Shown: positions 10,718-24,365 of the stretch, in pieces
Layout of the letters: every line of letters begins with the position of its first letter
How positions within the stretch are numbered: position 1 is the first letter of the stretch
Assembly (NCBI GenBank): GCA_964036045.1
Contig: OZ038378.1
Location: forward strand, 190,216,001 to 190,280,000
DNA from: Eutreptiella sp. 'Long Island Sound 2002'
Lineage: Eukaryota > Protista > Euglenida
DNA length: 64,000 bases
Direction of reading: 5' to 3'
The notes under the pieces: generated by a model
Seen by the model: the letters and a program-made list of their open reading frames with translations, nothing else
What the model was told of the DNA's origin: nothing
Database searches by the model: none
Translations under genes and position numbers: made by a program

Positions 10718-12797
10718 GTGTGTGCCCCCCCCCTCCCCGCCCCCCCCCCCTCCCTCCCAAAAACTGTGACCCAATGAATAGAGTACCCGCAATGAGACCG
10801 GAGGCCGCATGGCCGAACGGGGCCCAGCACACACCCTCCCCGAGGGGACGGCCCTGGGGTCACGGTACAGGGGGGGGGGGCGTAAGTGCGGCAGGGGAAA
10901 ATTTCGGCACCCCCTTGCGTACAGTTGCGGATGGTGCTTGCCCCACCTGAAGCAAAGGTTTGGCCCGGGGTCCGCAACAAATGCCGTGGGGACCATTTCG
11001 GCACCAATCTGAACACCGAAAATTTTCCCTGCCAAAACCCCCCTCCCCCCTCTGTATGTCAGGGACGGCATAAGAACGGGGCCAATTTTTGGGTGGGGGT
11101 GGGGGGGTTGGCTATCTGTCGCTCAGTGACACATGGGGAGTGACAGATAGCTGCATTTTGTGCTTGAGTGACACATGAACACAATGATAATTAGCCACAA
11201 TTCCGGCGCCTTTTTTTTTGCATACAGAAAGGAGGAGACGCTATTTTTACCCAACTTGTGTATGCCCAAAATGCTCAGTTTTTTTTTTTTTTGGAGAATT
11301 CAAATATGCGTGAGAAACATGACAAAAATTTTCACCCCTCTCTCTACCCTCGCCCGGCCGGGTTCTGTCACTTGTCACTCGTCACTCGGGGGGGGGGGGG
11401 GGGGGGCAATGTCCGCCACTGCTGTATGTGCGCCATGACTCGGACTCGGACCCGCACTGACGGGAGGAGCGACGGAACGTGCCCCGAAGGCCAGACAGCG
11501 CGGCAGACAACAGCGCCTGCGAGTCCAATGGGTCCTGCCGGTGCAGTGCCCTTACCCCAGCCTCAGCGGGGGACAGGGAACGAACAAGCGCAGAAGTTGA
11601 GGAGACCCCTTTGGACGCGAGTGGGTGGTGCAGGCCCTGTGAAGGCAGGCGCGGCCGGAGCACAGTGGCGGGACCACACTTGACCTGTTGAGCCCCCCCC
11701 CCCCCCTTGATCGGGCGCACTGGGGGCAACAGCCTTGAGAACTGTCCAACACGTCTGTACGGGCGGGGGGGGGGGGGGGCTAGTTATGCAGGGGGAAATT
11801 TCGGGGGGGAATTTCGGTTTTCAGATTGGTGCCGAAATTCCCTCTCCTGAAATTTTGTTGCTCAATCCGGGCGCCACGTTCTTGTCCTGCGACCTCATGT
11901 TGACGAACGGACAGAAGTCCCATGTGCGTTGGAGGACAGTGGGACCAAACGGGTGCGATTGGGGGGATGGTGAGCGCGGCCCCACTTGTGCCGACCGCAC
12001 CGTGGATGAGCAGATGACCTTTGGATGCACCTTGATGGAGGGATCCGTCCGTCTGGGAAGGGGCCACAGCAGGCCTTGTCCCGCTGATGGGGCAGCAGTG
12101 GCAGCCCGGGCACTCTTGGAATACACCCCCGCCCCAAACAAGACCATGGGCATGTTCCGATGGAGCCTCCAGAGATCCAGAGATGCAGAGATCCGACCCT
12201 CCCACTGCAGTCCGGCACCCGTGGGCCCTGTCTTCGGCACGTGCGGTCATTGTGCCTGTCGCACGTGCGCACGTTGTGTGCGGGGCAGACACCCCCTCAC
12301 TGCCCTTGTGCACCTGCGCCGTTGGTCCATGCCTGTACTGATGCCTGTGCCCCTGGCCGTACGCATTGAATGAGGGGGCCAATGTGTCTGATGTGCGGCG
12401 GGGGGGGGGCAGATGGGAGGTGTCCTGGCAAGTCTGTCCCGCACCACCCCAGCCGATGTCACCCTCTGGGCACCCACCACACACTGACCCAGAGTCCACA
12501 CCCGCCATTCCCCACCATTCGCGACTCATCACACACCAACCGCCGCCCCCCAAACGCCACCCACCACACATGCCACCCTCCCTCCCTCCCCATGGATTGC
12601 GTCCAGCAACCGAGTGGTTGCAAAAAAAAGCGGTTACCAGCGGTTTCAAATGCGGTAGGGAGGCAATTTCTGGCGGGTACAAACCGCGCACGCATGCCCC
12701 GCATGGGATGCGATGGACCCCTTTGTATTCCCATGTCCGCCCGTGCGTGACTGCGCCCGTGCGTGTGCCCACATGTTGCACCCGCACGTGCGCACAG

Positions 12798-12846
12798 ATA
12801 TCTTCACCTCATGCCTGACGACGCCCATCAAGATGGCTCTTGTGTG
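12798..12846 (+). CDS. RPTOR: Raptor exon d: (D)IFTSCLTTPIKMALV(W)
   Basis: cacag| ... TG|gtttgt; matches DLFTSCLTTPIKIALRW. Confidence 0.93.
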
Positions 12847-13849
12847 GTTTGTCTCTTGCCCTGTGCCTTGCTCCCATGATCGACTGTGGGTCGTGCGTAG
12901 CTGAAGTCGCCTTCACCCACTCCATGCAGGCCAGGTCCCCACCTGCTCTTTTCCGCCGAGGGATGGGGGTAGCTTGTATTGGCAGCTCTTACTGGATCCC
13001 CCGTACTATCCCCCTTACTGGACCTTTTTTGTGGGGTCAGGACGTTGTCGAGGGGGAGGGGGTATGTGTTGGGCCAAGCCCCCCCCCCCCGCCTCCCCCT
13101 CAGGAACCACCAACCCACACCAACAATGGGATGTGGAACGAACAATGAGGAACAATGGACTTGCGCCCAGTGGCGTCCAGCAAATTTTTGGGGGGCTCTG
13201 TGGACTGGGGCACAGAATCCCGCCCCCCCCCCCCCTCCCGTTTACCCCCCTTTTTGGTGGTGCATGGGAAAGGGGGATTGTACCCTCCGGAGTTCTGAAT
13301 GTTCAAAATGCTGAGAATGAAACAGGAAATTCAAAAGTGCCCCAAAAATTGAAAAAAATTGACCCCCCCCCCTTTGGACCTCACTGCCCGTGCTGCGGGG
13401 GTTGGAGTCCGGATTTGCGGGAGTGTGGCATGCCGCAGGAGCCCCCATGCATAGTACATTTGTTGGATTGGATGAGTGCAGGTCTGTTGTAGGTTTTTCA
13501 TGTGTTGTGTCCCCATCAAAAGATGTTCGTTTGGAAGTGTTGTTTGGTCCATGACCATGTATTCAAATGCATGATGATGACGGATTTCGCATGGTTGATG
13601 ACTGCAGCACAATGATATCATGACCACTCTAATAGTGGTTAGCGTGATCTTGGTCCAGATGGCCCAAGAAGTAGTGGCTGCAACAACAGCAGGAATGGCC
13701 TCGCCACTGATGACAACATTGTTGCTGGTCTTGATGTTGGATTTATGAGATATATGGCTTGAAACTGGGTAAAAGTACGGTAACCAACCACGAATGCACC
13801 GTAACCAACGGTCCACGTCTGGCCTTTTGGGTCAACTGGGAGGTTTTGC

Positions 13850-14000
13850 AAAACAAATGACCGCAAATTTCAGATTGAAACCATTTCCATGCGAAAAAAA
13901 ACCCGGTTCATGTGGGTGGCATAGCTTGGACACGGCACAGCTTGGATGGGGTATTCGAACATGGTTGATTTTAACAGTAGTACCATCCCAATCACCAACG
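13850..14000 (-). pseudogene. Possible PIF/Harbinger DDE transposase remnant
   Basis: Minus-strand peptide GDWDGTTVKINHVRIPHP...FFSHGNGFNLKFAVIC resembles the DGTHI.I..P...Y..K...S...Q.VC block. Confidence 0.35.
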
Positions 14001-15104
14001 CTTTGCCGTCATCCATGCCATTGTTGGTGTTGTAGTATTGTGGTTCCTCAGAGCCCAATCCACATTTTGGTTGCTCATTGCAGATTCCCGTAATTTGTTT
14101 CCTCGGCGCCCAAACCAGTTTTGTTTGTTCCTCATAACCCAATCCAATATTTTGGAACTTCCTAGCCCAATCTATTATTTTGGTTCCTCATGGCCCAATT
14201 CACCGCTATTGAGGTTAACCGGCTCATGGTATTCCTCTCCACGTTGCAGACCCTGAGATGCCATGGGACATGTAGCTAATTTCTAGCCCTATTTGTGGCA
14301 CTGGGGTTTGGTTGGGAACAACATCTGTCACCCCCCTTACGGACCATGGGACTACAGGCCCCCCCCCCCCATGTTTGGCAGACTACTGGTGCGAGCAACT
14401 CAACTGCCATGCAAGATGGTCAAGGGGATGAGGTTGAGGTTTGTGCATTGTGCTGCCACAAGCACACTACCACACTTTGTGGTGAACGTAAGGGAAATTA
14501 TTGCGCAAAGTGTATTGACACAGACTGCTGGGCATGGGTTTTGTGGTTCAGCCACAGCAGGTGGAGAACCCCCCCCCCCTCTTCAGGGGCAGGATGGGGC
14601 AGAGACGGAGATTTTGGGGGGGGGGGATCCCACATGACCATGGAGGTCTGGTCCTTCCATCTACAAGAAGGATGCCAGGGAGCAGGATAGAGCAGGCCAC
14701 TAGGCTGGCCCTAACCCACTACTCTCACTCCTGATCTTATGCATCCAGGACCTGAAAACGCAGCATCTCATGTGACGTCACACACGTAGGCATGCACACG
14801 CACACGCACAAAGCCACACCACGAGAATGGAAATGCGAAGATGGTGCACCTCTTCTATGCCAATGCGCCAATATCCTCCGTGGTGTGCAGGCGCAATCAG
14901 GGTTGTGCTTAGTGTTTGGCCTACGGGATGGGGGGGGGATAGGTGGGTATGAGGGCAAAAAAAGTTTGTGTACCTAAAATGGGCCTCTCATTTTTGCCTC
15001 TATTCAAAATTCCATTTTTCCCTCGAGGAAAATTTTTTGGTGTTGGGTGGTGGGTGGTTTGGCCTTGGGTGGGGGGGGGTCCGCCAGATCACCCCTGACC
15101 CCCT

Positions 15105-15298
15105 CAGGGCGTCTTTAGAATAATCAAAAACCAAGGGGGGGGGCCTCCCCTAAAGCCCCCTCCCCCCCCTCCCCAGACTAAAGTGACCATCGTGGGAAAA
15201 AAACGAAATGCACGAAAGGGAAAATCTTGTTGGGCCATTTTTGGTACACAAACTTTTGGGTCCCAAACCCCTCCCCCCCCCACTCAAAAGACGCCCTC
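15105..15298. mobile_element. CAGGG-type MITE carrying the gggccatttttggtacacaaactttt module
   Basis: TIR cagggcgtcttt / aaagacgccctc; internal module shared with 20456, 29291, 30437, 31873 and 40573. Confidence 0.75.
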
Positions 15299-15432
15299 CC
15301 CCCCCCCCCCCGGTTGGATAAGCACATCCCTGGGCACAATCGTACATTGCCACACATTCACACATACACACGCACATGCGCCCACGCCCATGCGTCTTCA
15401 CCCAAACGCCTTCATATGCGACGGTTGTTCAG

Positions 15433-15511
15433 GTATCAGTTGGTGAACAAACAGACCCGCCGTCTGGACGTGCCCTCGAACATCGCAGATCTGCTGGAGG
15501 GACAACTGAAT
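15433..15511 (+). CDS. RPTOR: Raptor exon e: YQLVNKQTRRLDVPSNIADLLEGQLN
   Basis: ttcag| ... |gtatgc; phases fit both neighbours; EGQLN+DRKTP matches PGRLNDRRTP. Confidence 0.9.
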
Positions 15512-17289
15512 GTATGCCGCCCTCGGGCGAGTGAGGGCGTGCGCGTGCGTGTGCGCGTTGCGAGGGGGCGGGCGGTGGTCCATTTCCTTTCCTTCCCGCG
15601 CTGTGCCCCTGGGCCTATGCGTGTGCGTGCGTGTGAGTGCGTGTGGCTTGACGCTTGCACTCGCCACTGTCACATCCGCCGCGGTCCACGTGTGGGTGCC
15701 CCCCCGTGAGCCGCGCCTTCCCTGGCACAGACGAACAGCCTCACATCAGATTTCTTTGGTGACAGGGTGCAGTAGCGTTGGGGGAGGGCCAAACTGACCC
15801 TCCGGCTCAGGCGTGCTGCTGAGCGGTGCTGTGCACCCGCGCAGCCATGGCGCCGACACGGTTATGCTTAGTGTTTGGCCCACGGGACGGGGGAGTCGGG
15901 TGGGGGGGGTATGAAGGCAAGAAAAAAGTTTGTGTACCTGAAATGGGCCTCTCATTTTTTGCTCTGCCTCTCTTCAAAATTTCATTTTCCCTCGAGGAAA
16001 AGTTTTCGCCCGTTTGATTTTCGTTTCATCCGTCTTTGCGTCCCTCCTGCCCCGACATTTCACAAAATTGCCGAATTCTAATCATAATGGAAGCCATGGC
16101 GGTTTTGGGTGGGTGGATGGTGTGGCCTCGGTATGTGGGTCTGCCAGATCGCCGCCGACCCCCCCCCCGCCCCCGGCGTGGATAGCACGCACACGTGCCC
16201 GAGAGGCGACAAACAGGACGACACAACGCCAGACCAAGGGCCTCACCGCGCACGTGTGTTTGGCGGACCCAGGCCCTGGTCTGTGGCCGCGGGCAACTGT
16301 GCGACCAGCCGCCATGTGCAGAGAGTGGTCTGGTCCCCACATGCCACTGTCTCTCACATGCACCCGTGCGTTTGTTGTCCGTGCATGCGTGTCTGCCAGT
16401 CTGAGAGCTTGCTCGGTTGCGGGGCCGGGACTGCTTGGCAACGCCTCGGCCGGGGCTGTGGCAATGTCAGGTTTTGGGGTGGGGTGGGGGCCAACAGTGC
16501 CTTTTCCCGTGAGCCCCCTGCCCCCCCATGTCCATTGTGTCCCCTGGGCTGTCTTTGACGATGCAGGATGCAGGACAGCACCGCTCAGGGGGGTTGATCC
16601 GTGGACCACGAAATTTTTTCAGGTCGGCCCTCTAGCCCAGTTGGAGCCAAACTCCAAGCGCCGGTGGTCAAGCTCCAACCGCCAGCGGTTAATGGCCAAT
16701 TCTCTGCTCGTTAAGCCCCGCCTGCGGGTGAAGGCCCACATGTCTTTCCCGACCTAGTGACACACCTCAAACGGATCTGTTACTGGATGACTGGAAACTT
16801 TGCTGTGTGTGTGTGGGGGGGGGGTTATTTTGTTTTTCGGATTGGTGCCAAAATCCCCCCTGCCCCCCCAAAATCACCTTGAAGAGGGTTGTTAGATCAA
16901 GTGCAGGCGTAGGCACCATATATGCCCCCCTTTTTGGGGTCGTTCGCGTTCGCGTAGCATACCCCAAGGTATGCTATCAGATGTCCAACCACTTATAAAA
17001 TCATCATTTTGGGACAGAAAATAATCCCCGGATGAATTTTATGTTTTTGACCCCCCCCCCCAACCCCCAACCCCCCTTTTTGGGGGGTGGGGAGTCAAAA
17101 CTTCTTTGTGTACTGTGGGTGCTGTGGGCGCTGTGTGTTGATTCAGACCTAGGTCCTAAAGATTTTTTCCCTTGTACCGTACATGCACCCCCTAACCCAT
17201 GGTAAGGGTCCCAGGTCCAAACTGCGGGTACCCCCGTCCCCCCCCCCTTTATGCCCCCTTCTCGGTGAGGACTTTTGGTTAGGGTGTTT

Positions 17290-19510
17290 AGTGGCACCTG
17301 AAAAAACTTCAAAATTCAACTTTTTCCAAAACCCTTCTGTTGCCCCTGGGATAGGTTTGGGTGATCATTTGGTGACAATATGGGTACTTGAGCACCCATG
17401 GGGACCCATGTAGTGGCTGCTAGGCCCATGTAGCCCGGTCCACCCCCCCCCCCCCCCCCGCAAAAAAAACCCCGAAATTGTTGTTTTGGCTTTTCAGTGG
17501 CACTTGTACATTTTTCAACTTTCGATTTTTTCCTAAACCCGTCTGTCGCCCCTGGGATGTGTTTGGGTGATCATTTGGTGGCAATATGGGTTTTTGAGCA
17601 CCCATGGCTAGGCCCATGTAGTCCGGGCCATGGCCCCCCCAAAAGCCCCAAAATCGTGGTTGTTTGGGCTGTTACGTGGCACTTGACAGTTTTTCAAGAT
17701 TCGGCGATTTCTGAAACCCTTCTATCACCGTTGGGATGGGTTTGGGTGATCATTCGGTGACAATACATGCACTTGAGCACCCATGGGGACCCATGCAGTG
17801 GCTGGTAGGCCCATGCAGCCCAAGCCATGGACCCGCTAAAGCCCCAAAATTGCTAATATTTCGGGTATTTAGTGGCACCTGTAACTTTTTCAAAGTTTGA
17901 CTTTTTCCAACACCCTTTTGTCTTCCCTGGGGTGGGTTTGGGTGATCATTTGGTGACAATACAGGTACTTGAGCACCCATGGGGACCCGTGTAGTGGCCG
18001 CAGGGCCCATGCTGGGCCTCCCAGGTTGTACTTCGAACACACACGCCGCCATTGCCAAGAACATCTCTTGAGGTGCCCGCCATGCACTATGCTGCTGAAC
18101 CGCCACAATGACACGTCACTTCTACAATCAATGCATATGCAGCGTATATACAGGCTTGCAAGCCAATTCCCGGTGGTTTTGTGCCAGGGCCAGGGGGGCA
18201 CCCCTCTGCCTCCCTAGGTTGTTTCTTGGGGCAAGGGACTCTAGGATACTCCCACTGGGTTGCTCTTGGGGCGAAGGAAAAGCCCCAATACCTCCCTTGG
18301 TTGTTCTTGGGGCTAGGGCACCCCAATATTCTCGCTGGGTTGCTTCTTGGAGCCGGGGGATGCGCCAGTACCTCACTGGGTTGCTCTTGGGACAAGAGGG
18401 CGCCTTGGTACACTCTCCGGGCCCATCACTAGGCGACCTTGGTAAACAACTGATACCTCCTTGAGCAAATCTTGGGATAAGGGGGCACCCCAACATTGCC
18501 ATGCAACTTTGCGTGTCCCTTCACACAGGGACCACCACCCTTCCTCGGCACGCCCAGCTCCTCCTCAGGGCTTTCCACTGCCCTTACCCTAGGTGGCCAC
18601 ATGCAATAGTAAGGTGCCAGTGGACGTGCCGAGTAGGGTAATAAGGCCCAAACCATTTGATGGTATCCATTTTTACTAGGGTCTTTTGTGGCTGCGTGGC
18701 TGCAGCGAAACAGCTTTCTCCACATGTCGGCCTACTCCGCTTCCAGTGTGTCATTATCTATCTGTTTTGCGTGACTTTGGCGTTGGTGGGTCCACGCGGA
18801 ATGAGGCATACATGATTTCCATGTCACGACGGCCGTCATATCGCGGCCACGCAAGCCACAGGGGTAATTAGGGGTAGACCACTCACTTGACTAACCTTCC
18901 TGCAAGTTCCCCCACATCTATATTCTTGTCCCACATGCGGTATACACTCCCCCTAACCCTCATAGTGTTTGTGCGACGTGCGCTTCCCTCACATGCCACT
19001 CACCACATTCCTGACACTCTACACCCTAGGGCCGCTCGCCTCATGCAGCCCAGGCCATGGCCCCCCCAATGCCCCGAAATCATGGTTGTTTACGCTGTTC
19101 AATGGCACTTGACAATTTTTCAAAATTTGACGGTTCCTGAAACCCTTCTGTCACCACTGGGGTGGGTTTGGGTGATTATTTGGTGACAGTACTGGTACGT
19201 GTGCACCCATGGGGACCCATGTAGTGGCTGCTAGGCCCATGCAGCCCAAGCCATGGACCCCCAAAAGCCCCAAAATTACTGCCATTTAGGGTATTTAGTG
19301 GCATCTGTAACTTTTTCAAAGTTTGACTTTTTCCAAAACCCTTCTGTCGCCCTTGGGGTGGGTTTGGGTGCAATACAGATATACAGGTGCTTGAGCACCC
19401 ATGGGGACCCATGTAGTGGCTGCTAGACCCATGTAGCCTGAGCCATGGGCCCCCCAAAAGCCGCAAAATTGCTGGCTCTTTGGCCTTTTGGTGGCATCTG
19501 ACAAATTTTC
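17290..19510 (+). repeat. Complex tandem array of about 195-bp units (6 copies) split by an insertion of about 1 kb
   Basis: Anchor ggtttgggtg(atcatttggtg) followed by cacccatgggga/cccatg at about 17359, 17565, 17744, 17940, 19170 and 19366. Confidence 0.85.
18200..18400 (+). repeat. Degenerate tandem repeat of about 41 bp (5 copies)
   Basis: ggttg(t/c)tcttggg core recurs at about 40-42 bp spacing. Confidence 0.75.
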
Positions 19511-19560
19511 GAAAATTCAATTTTTCTCTTTCTTCAAGGTGCGCTGCCCAAGGCGATGGA

Positions 19561-19885
19561 GTTTTTTGCGCAATCCGGGCCATTTCTTGCTCCTTGCGTC
19601 GGTAGCTAATGTTTTTCTTCTGCAGGGAGTGGTGCCCATGTATTCCATGTCAGGATCAGTCTTTATGCTAGTGTGTGTCCCAATTTTTTTTCTTGTGTAT
19701 CCTGTGTATCCCAAAGAATGATTTTGTGTACCCAGTATGTATCCCAAAAGCTGTTTTTGTGTGTCTGCTGTGTATCCCAAGGACTGTGATTCCTGCAACT
19801 CTACACAAGGCACCAAAATATGGTGGTGCTGAAATTCTCCCCACCCAAAATCTTCCCCACCCAAAAATCCCCCCCCCTCCCCGAA
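19561..19885 (+). repeat. Second copy of the 447-770 repeat body
   Basis: Shared run gcgcaatc(t/c)gggccatttcttgctcc...gtatcccaaagaatgattttgtgtacccagt...acacaaggcacc. Confidence 0.85.
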
Positions 19886-20089
19886 ATGCCCAGGGTGCAC
19901 TTCAGCAATGGCCATGTGTGCGTTTGTTATGTGAGGTGTACATCACCGAGATTTTTTTTTTTTGCGTTGGGGAGAGGCACTATCAATGTCTGCCCATTTG
20001 ACGGAATTTGCCGCGTCCCCGTGTCTTGATGTCCTGAGGCTCTGGCTGCGCCTGCGACACCGGCACCGCGACCCCCGCGTTGCCCTTAG

Positions 20090-20171
20090 GACCGCAAGAC
20101 GCCGATGGGGGAGTTGAACTGGATTTTCACTGCCATTACGGACACGATCGCGTGGATTGAGTTGAGCAAAG
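20090..20171 (+). CDS. RPTOR: Raptor exon f: [27 protein letters not shown]
   Basis: cttag| ... G|gtctgc; near-identical to [22 protein letters not shown]. Confidence 0.97.
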
Positions 20172-20455
20172 GTCTGCGGCAGGGCCAGCCCCAAGACTTC
20201 CACACGCCTTCCCAGCCCCCGTCACATCGCACGCAGAGCCACGGCCTCTCTGCCGGGTGGGCATGTGTCTGCTGGGGCGTGCGGAATGAAACTCGCTTTG
20301 GATACACGAGGGAGGACGTGCGTGAGTGCATCAAGTTGCGCACTGCTATGTCTTTGTTGGCTTTGTGCTCCAATGGTATTGGCCGTGAGGATGCACTATC
20401 TGCCCACAGGGGAGTCTGGGACAGAGGCTGAGTGGGTGAAGGGGGGTGCCAGGGG

Positions 20456-20688
20456 CAGGGAAGTATTAGAATGGCCGTACACCACAGGAGGAGGAGGGGG
20501 GTTATATATATATATATATATATATAACCCCCCCTCCCCCCCCCCTGGACCCCCCTCCAGACGAAAGTGACCATGGGAAAAAACGAAACTCACAGTAGGG
20601 AAAATCTTGTCAGGCTATTTTTGGTACACAAACTTTTGTGTCCTAGCCCCCCCGCCCCCCCCCCTCCTCGCCTTCTAATGCTTCCCTG
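20456..20688. mobile_element. hAT-type MITE with 8-bp TSD GCCAGGGG
   Basis: TIR cagggaagtattagaa / ttctaatgcttccctg; gccagggg on both sides. Confidence 0.92.
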
Positions 20689-22868
20689 GCCAGGGGTGCG
20701 TCCGGGTGCATGTTTTGATGTGTGTTTTGGGGAGAGTGGGGGGGACCCTTTTCCAAGGAATTGTACATTCCTGAGCCCCGCACACCTCGTCTGGGAGGAG
20801 TGAGTCGGCACGTCCCGCGCTGGTGCTATAGCCCGTATGCCGCATTCCCCATTGGAATCGTGCTGGGCAGAGCAGTCCAGGTTGTCGGGGGACGGGGGGT
20901 CGGCGCCCCAGGAGGGTCTTGTGGGTCTTGGGGGCTGGACGTGAAGGCTCATGGGCCGCCCAGGGGGAGCTGGATGGCCTACAAGGGCACACCGGCGGCC
21001 AAGCCATGCAATGCGGCCATTTTTGGTCCCAGTGTGGCCCGTTTTCAAGGCTTCTTAGGACCCTTGGCGGGCCAGAACAAGCCTGAACAGGCTCAAAACA
21101 CGCTCAAACCACTTTTTCTGGCATCCCAACTATGCCAAGATCACTTTCGGAAAAGCCCATTTTCCCCCGATGGACGTGTTTGATCCATTTTGGCGCCCAC
21201 CGGCGTGGGCTCAAGCTCACCGCTTACCAGAGGCACTTGGGCACCAGTATAGGGGTCTAGGCCAGGGTTGCATAGAAGGGAAGGCACCACAGAGGTGGCC
21301 GTGGAAGCGGTTGGATACGCGGTAGGAGTAGGTTGCCAAAGTGGTTGGGGGCGGTTACTGTCAGTTACAAATGCCATTGAAGCTCGCACTTGCCGTCAGG
21401 GGGACAGTGGCTTGGCGTAGGCTGGGTGCCCTGGAGGGGCCGGGGGGAGGGGGGGGCTGCCCGGAGGGGGTGCTTGACAGACAGAAGCACCCACCTGTGT
21501 CTCGTAGCGGCCCGTCTGAGCGTGTCGCTCCGCACATCATGCCGTCTGTTCTGTCTCGCGTCCGCTGCACCGCTGTTGCTCTGACCGCCTCCCCCCGCTT
21601 CAGCCCCCTGGGGTCCAGCCTGCCCCCCCCCCCCTCCGACAGCATCTGTCACGAGTGCATGATGCGCTCGCCACAAGGAGGACTGAGCGCAGGGATGGAC
21701 AGGCAGAAAGTTGTTATGTGCCCCCATTGGGGAATTGTCCCCGCAAGTGGACATCCTAGGGCCCAAAACGCCACTGTTGGGGAGGGGTTCCCCACCGCTG
21801 GTATTGGGTGCCCGCTTGGACCCGGCCAATGGCAAGGGCAGTTGCCCTCCTCTGTGTGGACCCGACACAGAGCAGTGAAACAGGGAAAGTCCGGGGTCTC
21901 CGTTGGCACAACCTCCTGAGGGGAAGGAAAGGGAAGTGGAGAGGGAAAGATAGGCCAAGGAGGGAGAGGAAGGACACAGGGGGGGTGAGAGGCCGATGGG
22001 CACCACCGCCTGCGGAGGGAAAGGGTTCAAGGGAAGGGCAGTAAGTGGCGATCGGCCACTGGGCGCCACCAGCTGCAGACCAAAACACACCAAGGTGTCA
22101 TACCAACCCCCCCGGACGCGTGCCAACAACACACACAGGCCCAGCGGTATCTCCCTCCCATCAGTGCCTCGGTGAGGGATTGCCAACAATCTGGGCGGCT
22201 GCAAGACCAGACAACCGGACCAGTCGCGCCGGCGAAGTAAGGACACATGGGTTGTGCAACCCTCACCTTCGGCGCAAGCCAAGACCCCCCCCCCCCCGTC
22301 CGCTGGGGGTTCAAAGGTCCTACAGAATATTCCTCAGGGGACAGTTCAAATTTTTTATTCCAGAAACAACTTTTGGGCCATTTTTGGTGCACACACACCA
22401 TTGGGTCTCCGGGATCAATCTGGATTTGCCTGGGCTTATCCCGGGCTCATCCTTGGCTTCACAGTCAATCCCCCCCAGGGCTTGACACAGAACCCCCCCC
22501 TCCCCTGCACCAGAGCGTGTCTGGCTGGATTTCCTCCCTTCTTTCGTCGCCAGGTGTTGGACTGCACAGGCCTGTGCGTAGGTTGTGGTTGGCACACACG
22601 GGGGGGGATTTCAGTTCCCCTGCATTTTTCCTGCAACCCTCGCCCCCCTCAAGACACACTTTTTGGCCACAGCAGCGAATTGGCACTGGGTTGTCTTGTT
22701 GAAGCGGGCAAAGCGGGCATATATCCAGGGGAGATGTCGATTGTGCAAAAAAAGCAAAGAGTGGGAACATGCAATTTTCACTTTTTATCTGTGGTCTTCC
22801 TCGCCCTCGCCCTCTCCCTCCCCTTCCCCCTCTCAGCCACCAGTCCGTTTCCCCCCATTTTCCTGCAG

Positions 22869-23013
22869 AACTGTTCCAGCGATTGTTCCGGCAGGATCTC
22901 TTATTGGCTTCGTTGTTCCGGAACTTCCTCTTGGCCGACCGCATCATGTCCCATCTGAACTGCAACCCCAAGTCATATCCGGAACTCCCCTCAACCGCAA
23001 AACATCACATGTG
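22869..23013 (+). CDS. RPTOR: Raptor exon g: (E)[47 protein letters not shown](W)
   Basis: ctgcag| ... TG|gtatgc; matches [26 protein letters not shown]. Confidence 0.97.
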
Positions 23014-23269
23014 GTATGCTTCTCTCTACTGCCCCCCCCCCCCCCCTCCCCCAAACATTTGAAAGCCTTGGACACGGGCATAGGCATAGGGGATGTGGGA
23101 GGTTTGGGTGGAGTGGAAAAATGGTAGATCCTACCGAAGAACTTTGGCATGCAGGGCTGTCCCATGGGCACACCTTTGGGAACATTGGTGAGCGCCGTTC
23201 TACAACCCTTTTGCTTCATTTCGCCATGCCATCCAGCACCCAACAGCCCCATACATCACTGAACCGTTT

Positions 23270-23640
23270 ACACCTCCTCACAATGCTGTACATCACTCTG
23301 CACCCCTACGTGTCACTCTACAATCCTGCACACCACTCTACAGATCTTAATATTATTTTACAATGCTCCACAAACTTTGACATTTTTTTACAGTGCTGTA
23401 CAGCACGCTACCACCTGTACATCACACCCACAACCTTGATATCATTGTACACTGCTATACAACACTGTATTTTACAATCCTGTGCACCACTGTACAAACC
23501 TTACATCAGTTTACAATCCTGCGCGACACTCTACAGCCTTTTACATTTCTCTGCAATCCTGTGCAACGCTCCACAAATCTTCACATTACTCTGCAACACT
23601 GTGCATTACTTTACAATGCTGTGCGACACGCCACAACCAG
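23270..23640 (+). repeat. Degenerate tandem repeat, units of about 20 and 40 bp
   Basis: Recurring tttacaat(c/g)ctg(t/c)gc(a/g)..ac motif. Confidence 0.65.
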
Positions 23641-23965
23641 ACCTGGGGTGTGAAAAGCAGGTCCAACCGCAGGCTTTTCACTGAAGTTATGTTGCTGTGC
23701 TTTTGTCTGCGTCGAAGGAAAGGGCATTGCCAGCGGCTTGTGCAAGCGGGGAGAGGCGTTGGACGGTGATAGGGGCCTAGGGGAGGGGTTGGAGGGTGAT
23801 AGAGGGGTGGAAGATGGGGTTGGAGGGTGATGGACGGGTGGCAGGGTTGGAGGGAGAGGGCACGGGGACGAAGTGGGCCATGCACCCACACAACCCAACA
23901 TCAATCTGTAATCTCCGAGCGCCGCGTCCGAATCGGCGCCAAGTTCTGCGTCTCCGGGTGCTCAG

Positions 23966-24044
23966 GGAAGTGTGGGATTTGGCTTTGGACCGCTGCGTGT
24001 CACAAGTCCTGAAAATCCAGAGCGGCCGACAGAAGGAGTACAAG
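23966..24044 (+). CDS. RPTOR: Raptor exon h: EVWDLALDRCVSQVLKIQSGRQKEYK
   Basis: ctcag| ... |gtatac; matches QAWDLAVDICLSQL. Confidence 0.94.
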
Positions 24045-24365
24045 GTATACGTCTCATGCCCCATGCATTTCAAAATGGTGTCGTGAGTTAGATTGAGCTC
24101 CTAATCTAAGCGGAGTGATTCCTCACACTGCCCTCTTCGTCTCGTCTCCCTCACATCTTTTCTAGACCCTGACCGCCCCTGGGCCAGCTCCGACTTGATT
24201 ACAGGGAGGGGGGCAATGTTGGTGAAGTCCCCATGCACCCTGGGGGAGGGTTGTGCAGGTTATTGAGGGGGGTTGAGGATGGCCGAGGGTTGTTGAGGAT
24301 TATTGGGGGTTGAGCAGAGGCCATGTCTCTTCCCGCCGTAAACTGCTTTTCTCTGTCTCCGTCAG

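Noticed and set aside
18200-18400. CRISPR-like look of the 41-bp repeats
   Set aside because: The repeats are degenerate and the spacers are short and related to each other. There are no cas genes, and the context is a eukaryotic intron.
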